Position numbers and translations under genes: made by a program | Shown here: in pieces, positions 24,760-38,747 of the stretch | Position numbering within the stretch: the first letter of the stretch is position 1 | Layout: every line of letters starts with the position of its first letter | Assembly (NCBI GenBank): GCA_965153455.1 | Contig: OZ234493.1 | Span: forward strand, 248,001 to 312,000 | Direction of reading: 5' to 3' | Length of the DNA: 64,000 nt | DNA from: Sphagnum compactum | Taxonomy: Eukaryota | The notes under the pieces: model-generated | Told to the model about the DNA's origin: nothing | The model's database searches: none | Seen by the model: only the letters and a program-made list of their open reading frames with translations

Positions 24760-27260
24760 AATTTCTACCCCCAAAAATTAGAAAAAATGGAAAAAATATG
24801 AGCAACACAAAGATTTTCAAGATGTTTAAAGTGTTAAAACTTTCATAGTTAAATCCACGGTGGATTTAGATGGGAAGTTGCATCAATGATATGCAAAGTT
24901 TATTATTAAGATTGAAAGAAAGGAAAAGTTGTTGACCCCCAAGTTGGATAGATCTTGGAAACATGATGGAATGAAGAACACACTAGTTGTAATCCTAAGT
25001 TTATAAAGTTGGGGAATTTTACATGAACAAAAAAGCCCTTCATGCCGAGAGCAAATAATTGTATGTAGTAACTAGGAAGGATACTCTTGTTGTTCAAGTT
25101 TGCCACGTGGGCATTGGAGAAAAGGAAAAGAAAACGAATCCAATTTGTTGTTTTCCACATGTTTTTAAAGGAAGACCAATGATCAACTATGAAAATATGA
25201 ATAACATGTTATAATTATTTAAAGTCAAAAACTTCCCAAGAATGCACTAGTCAAGTCTAGTTAGTTGGGGGATGGCATCTTGCATGCATGAAGTGGTCAT
25301 CAATAAAACAAATGACCTAGTTGAAGTTGTTAGATTCATTTCATTTTCATGTGATGAAGTTACTGTTTGTGATCAACAATCCTCGGTTCCATTAATGCAT
25401 ATATGGTTGAAGATTGGCAATGAACCCCATTGTTATTGTCCTTGCAATAGATGTGGTTGATGGAGCCACTTTAGATAATCTAAAGCGAATTGTGGTGGGT
25501 GCCATGGTGTTGTTTAATAATTTGATTCCCTTAATGATTGCATTCAAATTGATAGCATTCAAAATTGCATAAGTGTGACTGTGAATTTGTTATAATGTGC
25601 CATTTATGAGTAATGTGCATGACATTAACCATTCCATGAATCTAGTGATTCAAATTCTTTTTCAATTAGGCATTGTGGTGAAGATTGAAGACGTGTTGCA
25701 AAGCTTGTATGCACATTGTTTTCAATTCCCAAAAATAACTTAAAACCTTATTGAACTAGTCAACATCATAGAAACAAGGGGTCAACGCATGTTTAGAAAC
25801 ATCAAGACATGATGGATTTCAATGTTGTTCTCTGTTAAGAGAGTGTTGAATGAATACAAAACCTTGGTTTTGAAAATGCATCAAGATTTTAAAGTAAACA
25901 ATCAAATTGCCAATAATTTGGAACTACTTTGTGACTTGCAGGTCATGTTGGATTTTCTTGCTTAATGCCAATGTTTGAAGGGTTGAATGAACTAATCAAA
26001 TTCATCTAATTTTGACAATGCTTTGTGTGTGATTTTGTTTTATTGTGAAATTGTGCCAAATAGATTTCTATTATTTTAAACTATATATATGGATTATGTG
26101 TTCCTTGGGTATTGGAACTTATTAAATGGAACGTTGAGTATGTTAAGTGTGTTAATTAACTACTCAGTTAGGTCCCAATTAGTTAAGGACTATTAGTTCA
26201 ATTACTTGGGTTTTATTTTGGACCAATTCAAGTGTGAACAAGGTTTGAGATATTTTTGTTGATGGGATATAATCCCAAGCTGTATGATCTAAAATTACGT
26301 TTGGTGATTTGAGATTTTAGAATAGAAACAAGTTTTATTATTGTGGTTTTTTTTGTGTTATACAAGTTTCTTTGGCACAATTTTTGTAAGGTTTTGTCTT
26401 GTGTTTTTTGGCTTGGGTTTTTATTTGTTGTAGGGTTTAGGGTTGTATCTTTTGAATCACATGGAAGTGGTTTGGATATGGTGTACCATACATAGTATTT
26501 TTATGTTATGTGTTGTATGTGTGGTGATAACATGATTGTAGGCATCAACACATGAGCCACAACATATGTGACGGTGCATGAATGGGCACAACTTGATCTA
26601 CACATAGCTTTGAAGAACTTGAGCTTTTGAATTTTTGGCATTTCCATCATGATGCATTTTCATTGTTTAAAAAACGGTGTTTTATATGTTTATGATTCAA
26701 GTCGCATTCCAACAAATTGTTGATGATGTTCAAAAGTAGTGTGTTTTGAAATATCAGTTAGGATTAATGAGGATCTTGAAAAACATTTATTGTGCAAGAC
26801 CTAAATGTTTTAGGTCTAATTTACCCACAATATTGGTTGAAATTTACATGTGAAGAGACCTTCCTTGTCCATTTGGCTATCTTGAAAATATTTTATTGTT
26901 AACCTAAAAAACTTGGATCCCAACAATAGTCGATGATCACATTTTGAACTTATAATGGTTTTTTTCAAGATCACAATGAAGTCTAATGCCCAATGGGCTA
27001 CGGACTAGCTCATGGAACTAAATCCTTTGTCCATGTTTCAAAAGAAGTTGTTCAATTATGTCTTGTTTCTATTCATCTCAATGATTTCATGAAAGTGACA
27101 AAATTGGTAGTGATTCAAATCATATGGGATCCATGGAAAACAAAAGAATTAGTTTTTCAACCTTGACTTTCATGAAGACAAGACTTTAAGATAGGTTGTG
27201 TGAACATTTGGATTTGGTGGTTTGATTGTTTGCACATTATTTGTACATAGTTCATAATTT
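24760..27260 (+). mobile_element. Decayed hAT-superfamily (ZNF862-like) transposase pseudogene
   Basis: Fragments RFISFSCDEVTVCDQQS (first catalytic D region, ~25330), KT*WISML (TRW motif, ~25805), LGLIYPQYWL (~26810) and MGSMENKR..FSTLTFMKTRL (hATC dimerisation, ~27125-27190). Confidence 0.8.
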
Positions 27261-27957
27261 TCTTTATGATAATGCGATCACAACTTGGATTCATGAGAAA
27301 GAGAGGATGGATCTTTTGGTAAAGTAGAAGTTGCAATTTTTGTAAGTAGTTGTAGTTTTTGTAAGCATCATGGTTATACTTATGGTGCAATCCATGATAA
27401 ATTTACACATCCACAATCCTTAATTTACATTACATTGTAATTTGCAAATTGTTAAGCATGTTTGATTTATCTTTTCACTTTCAAACTTTACATTCTACTT
27501 TTATTTTGAAGTTTAATTGTGTATTAGTACTTATTAATGCTAAATTTAACATTTCAACATTTAAATATGACGACTTTATATGCTAGTTGTGTGGATGAGG
27601 TTTCAGGTGGCAAGTGCAAGCCAAGTATGCTAAAACAACCCCTAGTTTCCATGATGTCAATCACTTTGGCTCTAGGTAAATTTCTCTTGCTTTGCTCCCA
27701 AATGTTTTTCTTGCAAGTTTGCATCATTAGAATTGTCATCTAATGTGGTGAATTGCAAAGTTAAGGTCGTGTGCTGCCACTAAGTATAGTTTCCTTAAGA
27801 CAAGGGTTTAACTCCCTCATTTGATTTTTCAACTTGTTTTACATTCTGTTTTCAATGTTCATGTGGAATTATTTTTCTATTCAAATATTAAGGATTTGTA
27901 AAAATTGCTTGTACATGTAATCCAAGTTGTGATTTTGAACTCAAACAACTATAGTCA

Positions 27958-28262
27958 GGAGTTCATTTCCAAGTTTTGGCATTTGGATTCTCCTCCACCC
28001 CCAAAAAGGCTTCACAAGAGTTCATCTCCAAGTTTTGGGATATGGAGTCTCCTACTACACTCCCTAAAGGCTTCACAAGAGTTCATCTCCAAATTTTGGG
28101 ATATGGATTCTCCTACTACACTCCCCAAAGGCTTCACAAGAGTTCATCTCCAAGTTTTGGGATATGGATTTTCATGCTACACTCCCCCAAAGGCTTCACA
28201 AGAGTTCACCTCCAAGTTTTGGGATATGGATTCTCCTACTACACTCCCCAAAGGCTTCACAA
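27958..28262. repeat. Minisatellite, ~60 bp x5 (AGGCTTCACAAGAGTTCATCTCCAAGTTTTGGGATATGGATTCTCCTACTACACTCCCCAA)
   Basis: High-identity direct repeats. Confidence 0.95.
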
Positions 28263-28266
28263 TTTT

Positions 28267-29020
28267 TCTTACTATTGCCGAAATTTAAACTATGTCAAAT
28301 TTGAAATAGCCACTATTCACACACCTAATACAACTTGAAATAGCCAAATACACTACTACCCATCCATGAGAAAAGATCACCATACGGAGTTAGTGTTTTT
28401 TTTTCTTTTTTTTTCCCAGTAGTGCAGCCGCTTAAAAGATGTCTATGGATGTGATTATAGCCACTTTTGAGGTACTAATTTCTCCACCCAATAGCCACTC
28501 AAGCCAGTGCGAGAGAAACGAAGCTGTTTGTCGAAGCCGTAGAGCGTGAGACGAAAAGGGAACGCGTGAAGAGGTTGCGCGAAAGACTTGGACGAAGAGA
28601 AAAAACGGAAAACCTTGAAGAGGTTCAGTGAAAGACCTGGAAGAATCCTGGACAAGGGCCGCGTGCTTCTGTGGGTCCCAAATCCTTCCTCTGAGAAGTT
28701 TCAGTTTTCTCCTCTGACACGCTTTACGCCCTTGCAAAACGCGTTTCCGTGTTGTTTCACGGATTGTTCAAAAGTTTTTTCTTCTGAGTTTGAAGCTTAG
28801 CGGAATTGCGGTAGACTCTTCTATGGCCCGAAGGTCAACAAACCTAAACAGTGAGGCCAAGCAGAATACGCGCTAGAGAAAAAAAACCAATGAAGGTCCG
28901 TCACAGACGAGCACCTCACTTTTATCCCATATGCTTTGGCAAATGTTGTGGAGGATGAAGGGGGACTTCACAGTGGCCGAAGGTCAGGGGCACTGGCCGA
29001 AGGTCAGGGGCACCCACTAG
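28267..29020 (+). mobile_element. Probable non-autonomous Helitron
   Basis: 3' hairpin TGGCC-GAA-GGTCA (duplicated) about 10 nt before the terminal CTAG|T at 29017-29021. Candidate 5' end TCTTACTATTG at 28267, where the minisatellite is cut off. The 5' end is uncertain. Confidence 0.55.
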
Positions 29021-29816
29021 TTATATATATAGTTAAGCTAAATGTTTGATGACCTAGCTAAAAGTACACAAGTTTAGGGAGTTAATTAATGAATGAACCA
29101 CATCCAAACTTCAAAACCCAAGTCTTAATTTCACCACACTCCTTAATCAAGTCTTAACTCCATTCTTCAATTTAATTTTGGAATTTAATTATGGTTAAAA
29201 TTATGGTTTTTTAAATTTTGGTTAAATTATGGTTTTTTAAAATAATTATGGTTATGGTTAAATTTCTCCAACACGAAGTATAACCATAATTATTTTTAAA
29301 AAAAATCAAAGGAACCACCGGTTATAACATACGACCACGGTTCCCCCACTAGCCTAATAGGGGAGGTTCTTTGACTCTAAAACGTTTTTTAAAAAAATCA
29401 AAATTGACGATTCTTTGATTATGAAAATTTTCAAAATTTTGAACTAAAGGTTTTACAATTTTTAAAATTTTCAGGGGGAAAAAAAAAAAGGTGAAATTTA
29501 GTAACAAAATCAAATACCCTCGTGTGCACACACACACATATATATGATGAGAGAGACTCCGAGACATGCACAAAAAATGGGTGTGAAAAAACTTGTGGCA
29601 AATTTTTTTAGTGTAATCCGAGGGTACCTTACTCAACAATAGATACCCATGCAAAAAAGAAAACATTTTGAGCATGAAGAAGCCGTTGGGCAAGATCAAA
29701 AACTACAAGCAACAAAATTAGGGTTTACGATTTAAGGTTGAGTGAAAAGTAAGGCCAAAGTCATATAAGTTACACCACTTAAACTAATGAAATAACAAAT
29801 AGGTTCTTGTATGTGG

Positions 29817-30112
29817 AAGTGAACGAATGAATGAAATTTTTGTTATGGGTGAATGGATGAATGAAGGTTTTATATGTGGGAATGGACGAATGAAATTTTT
29901 GTATGTGTGAATGGATGAATGAAAGTTTTGTATGTGTGAATCGATGAATAAAGGTTTTTGTATGTGTGAATGGATGAATGAAAGTTTTGTATGTGTGAAT
30001 GGATGAATGAAAGTTAATTTGTATGTGTGAATGGATGAATGAAGGTTTTGTATGTGTGAATGGATGAATGAAAGTTAATTTGTATGTGTGAATGGATGAA
30101 TGAATGAATGAA
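29817..30112. repeat. Minisatellite, ~29-31 bp x~9-10 (TGAATGGATGAATGAAAGTTTTGTATGTG)
   Basis: Direct repeats. They produce the spurious IHPFTHTK ORFs. Confidence 0.95.
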
Positions 30113-31181
30113 GAAGGCTTGAAAGTTTGAAGAGGAATTTGTGACCAGCCTCTTTGTATTGGGGGGGGGGAGGGCGGGGGGGGGGGTAGAGTGGGTCTGG
30201 TGCCTGACCCACTCTGAAATTTGCACAACAAAGTCATGAATGTCAATTATTGTTACACAGAAGGGCATATTAAGACTAATAATAAAATTTGTCAGTAGAG
30301 AGGCAAGTCCAACTTGCCTAGTAGTACTACTACCTAGTAGTAGTAGTAGTGGTAGAACTAACTATGGTAAACATTGTGTAAGGTCACCCATCCCAATACT
30401 ATTTCAGTTGACTTGGGCTTAATTAAAATGTCAGAGTTCTTGATGGGATTTTTTGGGGAGTTCTTCCATTTGTGGATGGCTTTCCCATGGTTTGTTTGGG
30501 AGGGGGGTTTAATGCAATGCACAAACACAAAACCCAAGAACAAAACAAACTTTGAGTTTTCCTACATAGGACCTTAAGGAATTCCTAATTATCCCCTAAT
30601 CAACCTCTTAAATAGTCTCTTATGTAACCCCCATAAATGGTTGATCCCTACATATCCCTTAACTTAAGAAGTCCCCCTCTATAACCCCTTAGAGGAACCT
30701 TATGTTATTTTAAAAATAGACCTTAGATAGCCTTTTAAGTAATCCCTAGGACAACCTTATGTAGCCCCCCCCCCCCCCCAATTTAAACTTTTGATAACCC
30801 TTCTCCTAGGTGAGTAATCCATGGGTAGGTATGTAGGTTACACCCATAGATAAATAGGTAGATCTTGGGTAGGTAGGTAGGTAGGTAAGTAGGTAGGTAG
30901 GTAGTCCATGGTATGTAAGTAGGCCTAAGCTAGTTAACTTGGCACTAGATAGGCTTTAAGGTAATTTAATGAGTTCATAGTGTAGTTAGAAAAGTGACAA
31001 TGGCACTTATTTTTAGGATTTTGTTTGTCCTTAGTTTTGAGGATTAGTCCTCACTTTTGCCCAACTTTATGGATAGTTGAAGAAGGTAAGTGATACACTT
31101 GGGATCAAAGTGAGATTCGAACTAAAGGATTAGCCTATGTATAAACTTGAATATATATATATATATATATATATCCTAGTA

Positions 31182-31372
31182 TCTTGGCCGATTCGACACT
31201 AATTATATTATTTTCAAAAATGTTGAATTTTTTCAAAAATCATTTCTTCCAAAATCAAAAAATAATTGTGAAGGAAAATAGTGAATATTTAGGAATATTC
31301 TATTTGTTGAAATGAAATTTTCAAAATTAATTAATTCATTATTCGATGGACATGTGTTGAAATGGGCCAAGG
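31182..31372. mobile_element. MITE copy 1 (TIR CTTGGCCGATTCGACAC / GTGTTGAAATGGGCCAAG, TA flanks; Stowaway-like)
   Basis: Terminal inverted repeat, TA on both sides, interior homologous to the copy at 32986. Confidence 0.7.
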
Positions 31373-32402
31373 TATACGGTAATTGAATCAAGTTAATAAG
31401 TTTTAATTGAATTTGGGTGATTAAAAGAAAATTAGTAATGAAAAACCTTGCCCCTCATCTTTCCCATTTATCCCAATCACTTTAAAAAAGTACTAGTGAT
31501 TTAGTTGTATATGAACTAATCACCGGTTCTATTAAGAATGATTAGGTCTATTCCACAATTTGAGCTTTACCAAAATGCTTTTGGTAATGTTCAATTTAAG
31601 AATATGAATTGAACTTACCTCCAAGTACCAAACATTGTTTGTAAGGAAACAACAACAAAGGAGACCTTTTTTTGCAACAAACAAAGATAGAAGTTAATAT
31701 TTGTTGTTTGACATTGTGGTGGGCAAAGCTTTAATAAAAAATTTTTAAAAAAAGAAAAAAAAGAAAAAGGTTCTAATGATTTTTATGACATTTTTTTCAT
31801 GACTTTTTCCATGACTTTAATAATGGTGAAATTTCAGAAGCCACTTGGGAGTCCTCTCTTCTTACTTCTACTTTGTTGACTCAAGTGAGGGTTAAGTTTT
31901 CTCGGGTCTTTTACTCCAAGTGCGTTATTATAGCCTTCTTTTATTGGGCCCGGGAGTGAACAAGCACCCACCACACTCACCGTGCATGAGGGACGATAAG
32001 TGGGTAGGAAACATTTTTTCTTCGTATTTTGTCCCGTACTTAGTTTAACCATGGTGGTGGTTAACTCACAACATTGCACTTCCCCCTACCCCAACCCAAT
32101 TGAACTTCATCATGGACTTGTCATTTTGTGCACGATTCATGTTGTGAACTTTGAAATACATTTAGTACATTTAGGTTATGTTTTTTGTTTGGAAGAGATT
32201 AGTTATGTTCTCCCCCATGAAAGCATACAAGGAAGTTAAAATGCTTTCAAAAAAACCTTTTTACAAAGTTGTTCATGTCTGGTAAGACAAATCCTTATTC
32301 ATGTTCAATTTATTGTGAGACCGAATACTTATTCATGAAAGGTTTAGGCATGGCTTTAAAATTATATAAAATGATCAAGGCGGGTTGGTTCTCAAATATT
32401 CA

Positions 32403-32712
32403 CATTCATATGGAGGTATCACTTGATCGAGTTTTGACCACATTCATATATGGAGGTATCACTTGATCGAGTTTTGGGTTTTGATCACATTTCTATGGAG
32501 GTATCACTTGATCGAGTTTTGGGTTTTGATCACATTCCTATGGAGGTATCACTTGCTCGAGTTTTGGGTTTTGATCACATTCATATGGAGGGTATCACTT
32601 GATCGAGTTTAGGGTTTTGTTCACATTCATATGGAGGTATCACTTGATCGAGTTTTGGGTTTTGATCACATTCATATGGAGGTATCACTTGATCGAGTTT
32701 TGGGTTTTGATC
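32403..32712. repeat. Minisatellite, ~45 bp x7 (GGAGGTATCACTTGATCGAGTTTTGGGTTTTGATCACATTCATAT)
   Basis: Near-identical direct repeats with no unique spacers. Confidence 0.95.
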
Positions 32713-32894
32713 GAAAACTTCAAAGTTAATGAAGTATATGATATATAAACATCCTTCTAACTACACTTCCTCATTTATTGGCTCAAAAATAATTACTCAA
32801 AATTAAAAATTTGACACTAAAAAAGAATCAAATACACACAAAAGCTTAACTAGGGTTACAACTTGAGATTCAAAGAATGAGAAAATTATACACG

Positions 32895-32926
<32 letters not shown>

Positions 32927-32985
32927 ACTTATATGAGTTTCAACACCCTCCTTCGGTTTAGATTAGTAAAACTAATACCACAATA

Positions 32986-33186
32986 CCTTGGCAACTTTGA
33001 CACTAATTTATATTATTTTCAAAAAATGTTGAAAATTTTCCAAAAAAATATTTTTTTCTTTAAAAACCAATAATTTTGATTAAGGAAATTAAAAGAAGCT
33101 CTAAAAATGTTCTAAAAAATTCTATTTTCAACCAAAAATAATTTATTAATTATGCAGCTGAGACATGTGTTGTTTAAACTGCCAGG
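32986..33186. mobile_element. MITE copy 2 of the same family
   Basis: CCTTGGCAACTTTGACACTAATTTATATTATTTTCAAAAAATGTTGAA...GACATGTGTTGTTTAAACTGCCAGG parallels copy 1. Confidence 0.65.
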
Positions 33187-34611
33187 TTTACTATGACCCT
33201 GGTCAGGGTTACTATAACCCTGGTCTGGGTTAAAAAGAGCAGTAATTACTTTTAACTCCACGCTTTTTTACGGTCGGGTAAAAAAGTAAGTAAGTAAGTA
33301 AGTAAGAAAGAAAAAGAGTGGGGTAAGTAAGTAAGTAAGTAAGTAAGGAAGTGAGCGAGTAAGAAAAAAAAAAGAAGCCGAATTACTTTTTACACACTCT
33401 TTTTTACTACGTCTTCTTCCTCCCGTCGCTGCCGCTGCTGCGGCGCTGCAGCGGCTGCCGCGCTGCGCACGCTCTCGTCGTTGTCGCTCGTCTTCTGCTG
33501 CTGCTGCTAGCTGGTGTTGTCCTGGGGATTGACAAAACCGCCAGCGACAGACATTTACATTGCTGTCGTAATGCAACACCAGTTCCGTAATTAGTCGGTA
33601 AAGCTTCAGTGGTTGTGAAGAAAGAGCGGGAGAGTTTAATTTCTCTTTCTGGCAAAAAAAGAGATTGTTTCCTTTCGTTTGCTGGTGGTGCTCGCCATTC
33701 ATTGATTGTGTCACGGAACTTCTTTCTCACATCTTCTCCAGTACTTCTTCTTCCTCCTTCTTCTTCTTCTTTCTCATCGACAAGTGATTTCGAGTCTTTT
33801 CTCTCTCTGCTGGCATTTGGAGAAGTACTGGGTTTAGTCTTTTTATTTTCTTGTTCTTGTTCTCCTTCCTTGACTGGAGAATGGGTTTTGAGGTTCTAGT
33901 TGTAATGGTAATGCAGGCAGACTGCTTTGCTTCTCTACACGGGAATACTAGTATGAGCTGGTGGGTGGGGATGTATTGAGTTTTCTTCTTCAATGCTCTT
34001 GTCGTCGGACTTGAAGGTAATCAATCGGACTTTGTTTGAATGAATGGTTGTTGGGTGTTATCCAAATGTGAGTTGGAGATGAGTGATTTGACAGTATAGG
34101 AGCTCTTGCGCAATAGTTTAGTAGATCAGAAGAACACCCAACTGCAGAATTAGTTTCTCTGAAAGGAAGAGAAGAAAAGAAAAAAAGTTCTTGACCCAAC
34201 AACAGAAAGAATGTTTTTCTTTTTCAGAAGACATTGCAAGGTCTTCATTATTGAATTAGGAAGGAAGTCAGACTGTTTTGATATCAGAGGTTTTCTTCTT
34301 CTGACAATAGGAAGGAAGCAGTCTGTTGGGCTGTGTGCTTTGCTAGACTACTATATGCTATGTGCCCCGTTGTTTGTCATTTGGATGGAATGAATTTGGC
34401 CATGAATTCATGGTTTCGAGAGCAGCGGCAATAGCAGCAGCATCTTCTTCATGCACGTCCAGGCTCCGCCATATTGTGCAACTTTTTCGCATGAAGTTGC
34501 TTTCTCAACCCTCTGTGGAAATGGTTGTTTTTGTTGAAGAAGAGTTGCGTTGCCCCATTCATGCGAGGAAACATTTGATTGATTGTGCAGGTACTGGATT
34601 GCGAATTGGCG

Positions 34612-37600
34612 ATGAAGATGACTTCCTATGATGATGATGATGTTTATGATGATGAGGAAGATGATGATGCAGAAGATCCTGAAGATGATGCAGAAGAAGA
34701 ACGAACTTGTTTGGCGGAGGCAATAGACTCACTCTTGGATGTGAAGCCAGAGCTAACCCCTGCATGGGCTGAATCAGTACGACAAATTCTTCGATCGACG
34801 GATATGTCTTCCTCTGCCTCTAGTAGTAGCAGCAGTGGCAGTAGTGGCTCAGCAGATCCTGCTTCCCACACACCAGCACGGTGGCGACATGACCAGCATC
34901 ATGACAAAGTTGTTGCAGGCCTTGGAGGTCGGTGTCTTTCTCATTCTTGTTTTTCTTGTCCCTTCTCTGCAACCATTTGAAGGTTTCTCATTCTTTTTTT
35001 CTCTTGTGCCCTTTCTTAACCAACACCGTTTTGGTGGTTGAGAAAATTATTCCAGTTTAGTTTTCGAAGAAGCACAAGGGACAACAACCAACAAAGAATT
35101 GCTACATCTATGGTTCTGATGGAAATTGGATCGAGAGTTTCTTCTTTCAGCTTGAAGTAATGATGAGATGGCCCTCTTTTTCTTTTTTCCAGAGGCAAGA
35201 AAATGGATTTCCATCATGGTTTTTTGTTATTTTCCATGCAGGTGAACTACTTGTGTTGAAAACAGCTCTCAGAGTGTCAAATTCCCATCGTTGCCAAATT
35301 CTAAGCCGAGTGTTGGACCTCAAAGGTATGAGGGATCAACTATTGTTGTCGCTGCTGGCATTTTTTCCCTTATAACCAGCCAACCTTGTTTCACTTCAAA
35401 GGAATTTCAGAGTAGTAGGCAAATGGGCTGCTGCTGACAACCAGCACTGCAGTTCACAACATGTATTGCTATGGAGCTTTAGAACTTGGAAGGTTGTTTC
35501 TTGTCTCTTTGTGGAAGCTCACAACTCAAGATGGTTGCCTCCATTGCCAGGCAACATTCGGGTGTTTTGTCGGGTGCGTCCATTACTTTCAAATGAGAGG
35601 AATGCTCGAGTGGGTCACCTCACCACTACCCCAGGAACAGATACCATCAAAGTTGTGAGCTGCCGGAAAGATTTCCAGTTTGACAAAGTCTTTCTGCCAA
35701 GTTCTGTGCAAGGTGAGTTTACAATTTGATGCTCACAAGAAGAAGCCAATATAAATCTCAGGCCTTAGTTAAGCCAATTTGCAAAGTGGCTATTAGCTAA
35801 CAAACAGTTCACTGTGACTGAACAAAAAGACAAACAAACAAACAAACAAACAAATGCCGCATTTCTGGTGAACTGGGTGCCTGACCTCAAGTTTTTGATT
35901 GCACTTTCAAAGGGCAGATGATGTCTTCTTGGAGGTGGAGCCAATTATCCGATCTGCTTTAGATGGCCACAACGTCTGCATTTTTGCATATGGTCAGACT
36001 GGCACCGGTAAAACTTTCACTATGGTATTTCTTCTTCCTGCCCCTCAGAGACATTGTCTTTGTGTCAAGACATTTTGCATGCTTTTTGTGCTATTTTTTT
36101 CCATGGGAATATCTTAAATTCCACATACTCAAATAGGGTGTAAGATCACACTTGCCATGTTAGTGTTGTGGTGGTGTGTCACTTATGCTTGTTGTGAGTG
36201 ACAGATTAAAGATCTGTGTGATGCATGCAGGAAGGCAATAAGGATCAACCGGGTGTTGTTCCACGCACCCTACAGCGACTATTTGAAGAAGCTTGTTTTG
36301 ACAACACTGTGTCATACGCCTTCTCATTAAGCATGCTGGAAGTCTACAAAGGAAGACTCCATGATTTGCTTGTATGCCATAGTAGTACACAGTGCACTGA
36401 CTATCCTGCGTCCAAATGGTTAGTAGATTTTTCTCCCTTGTAGATATGGTACTAGATGTTTCAGTATCATACTTACTCAAAGCTATTTTAGACTCAATGA
36501 AGTTTTTTTCTGGGAGAAATTGAGCTTACAGATTTGGGCACTGCTTGATTCTCTTGCAGTCTTTCAATACAGATGGCTTCGGATGGCTGCATAGATGTGG
36601 ATAACTTGACTGAAATGCCCATTTTGGATGCCAAAGAAGCTGGCAATTTATACCAGCAAGGAAGTCAAAGCAGATCCACTTCCTGTACTAATGCCAATGA
36701 GACTTCTAGCAGATCTCACTGGTAATTTGCCACAATTCCACTTTCGCACATCCTGAAGTCTGTGCTGCAGTCCTTCAGTAATGCAAGGTCTCAATTTGGC
36801 TCTTCTCTACATTTCCAAAATGCGCTAGAGAAGAATGTCTAAAACATGGGTTTTAGTTTTTTTGCAGTTTGTTGCGGATCACAATAACATGCACATATGT
36901 GCTAGAGAATCACAAGTTTGCGACGACGAGCAAGCTCTGGCTGGTGGACCTTGGTGGCAGTGAACGCTTGTCGAAGACAAATGCACGAGGGATCACCCTT
37001 GAGGAAGGGAAAGCAATCAATGTGTCATTGTCTGCCTTGGGTGATGTCATTAGTGCTCTCCAGAGAAAGCAGCCACATGTGCCATATCGGTATGGATGTG
37101 CACCTTTGATATAAACACTATCATAGGATTCAGCATCATTTTGGAGGGTAGGTCACAGTCTCAAGAACATTCATCAAGCTTGTGTGAAACCTCACCTGAC
37201 AGTGTTCCTGTTGCACATCTGATCTGATGGGTTTTCACTGCCTTCATCTTGGGTTGCAGAAACAGCAAACTTACCCAACTATTGCGTGATTCTCTTGGTA
37301 TGTAAGTAAACTTTGTCACACTGTTTTTAGCTTGGTGTCTTTTGTTTCTCTTGGATACAACATCACAAGTTGGACTTGAATGCTATCCACTCTTGAAATG
37401 GTATTTGAGTCCATGGACACCTTTGCACCTCAAGGGGAGTGAAAACGTTTCACAATGAGTCCATGGGCAAAGCTTTGCAGCTTCGGGGAGTGAGAACATG
37501 TCTCTCATCTTGCACTCTGTTGGTGAAATTGTAGATGATTTTGGCATTTCATGCTGGCATTTTGCTGTTCAGGTGCCCAATCAAAAACCTTGATGCTGGT

Positions 37601-38747
37601 GCATGTGAGTCCCAAGGTGAAGGACATCAGGGAGACAGTATGCTCGCTGAGTTTTGCCTCACGGGCACGAGGGACACATCTTGGTTGTGAAATTTCTCAG
37701 GTATGTCAAATGTTGAAGGAACTGTTTGCTCTCTTATGAGCTGCTGCTGCTGCTACAGGGTGTCTCCCCTGTAAACTTGCCATAATAACTTCTTGTTGAA
37801 AGAAGCCATGGTTTTCGAAGAAACTGCTGGAGTTTTGTAGGAAAGCAAAGCATGAATGAGATCTCATTGTTTACTTTATTTTCCTCATGCAAATGGTGCA
37901 GAAAAGAAAGAGAGAAAAAGCAGAAGTGATTGCAGAGCTTTACAGGCTGATGAACATTCACGACGATGAATGCCAGAGCTTACGAGCAAGTATCAAGACC
38001 ATCGAGGCACTGATGGAAGAAAGGAAAGTGTTGCTCTCACAAACCATCCAAGGAAATTCAGATCAGCCTGTTGGTAGCAAAAATCTGCCAGTTCAGGCCA
38101 GTTTCTTCACTCCATCTTCCAAAACATGTCCCCAAACTTTGGTAGATTCCCTCAAAGCCTCCATCCCCAGGTTCATGAGTCCAACAGCAAGCAGCCGCCA
38201 TAAACAACGACACTTTGAACAACAACAGATTGTGGGTTCACAGAGTCATTCAAGTTACACTCTGCTGAAAACAGGTCCATTATTGAAGCGAGCAAGGAAT
38301 TCCAAAAATGGAAATCTGAAATTACCCAAAACCATTCTCAAACCAGCTAACAGTCCACACACTGCAATCTCACTACAGGATCCAGAAATTCGGAAAAAAA
38401 AGTCTTCTTGGACACCCTCAATGATGATTGAGGAAATGATCAAGGAACCAGCTGCTGCCCTTGAGGCTTCAAAGCTGGCAGATAGCTTATCAGGAGGTCA
38501 GGATTCACACTTTGAGGGTGAGATCAGTATTGAGAAAGATGTAGTAGACACAGATAGACTAAGTACCAACGATCCGAACAAAAGGCAAAGACCCAAAAGG
38601 ATGGAGAAGATGGAGAAGTCCTCCAGGTATCTATCATCATATCCATCAGGGAGGATGTGCAGAGTTCAAAGCAAGGTGGCAGTGGGATGCAGAAGAAAGG
38701 TGACAGTAAAGTGCAGTATGACTGTAACAAAGAGGCTTCTGTATTGA
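34612..38747 (+). CDS. KIN14U: Kinesin-14, KIN-14U/At5g27950 type. Exons approx.: 34612-34927, 35242-35325, 35551-35712, 35918-36024, 36231-36418, 36560-36721, 36868-37089, 37260-37297, 37573-37700, 37902-38747
   Basis: Neck [15 protein letters not shown]-loop [10 protein letters not shown], switch I NETSSRSH, switch II DLGGSER (subfamily variant), [18 protein letters not shown] and a [10 protein letters not shown] motif. Start codon and last exon are less certain. Confidence 0.9.

Noticed and set aside
29779-30268. His-rich repeat-protein ORFs
   Set aside because: Artefacts of the 29-bp minisatellite.
32403-32712. CRISPR-like regular array (also 27958-28262 and 46572-46702)
   Set aside because: Units are contiguous with no unique spacers, there are no cas genes, and the context is eukaryotic. 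These are minisatellites.
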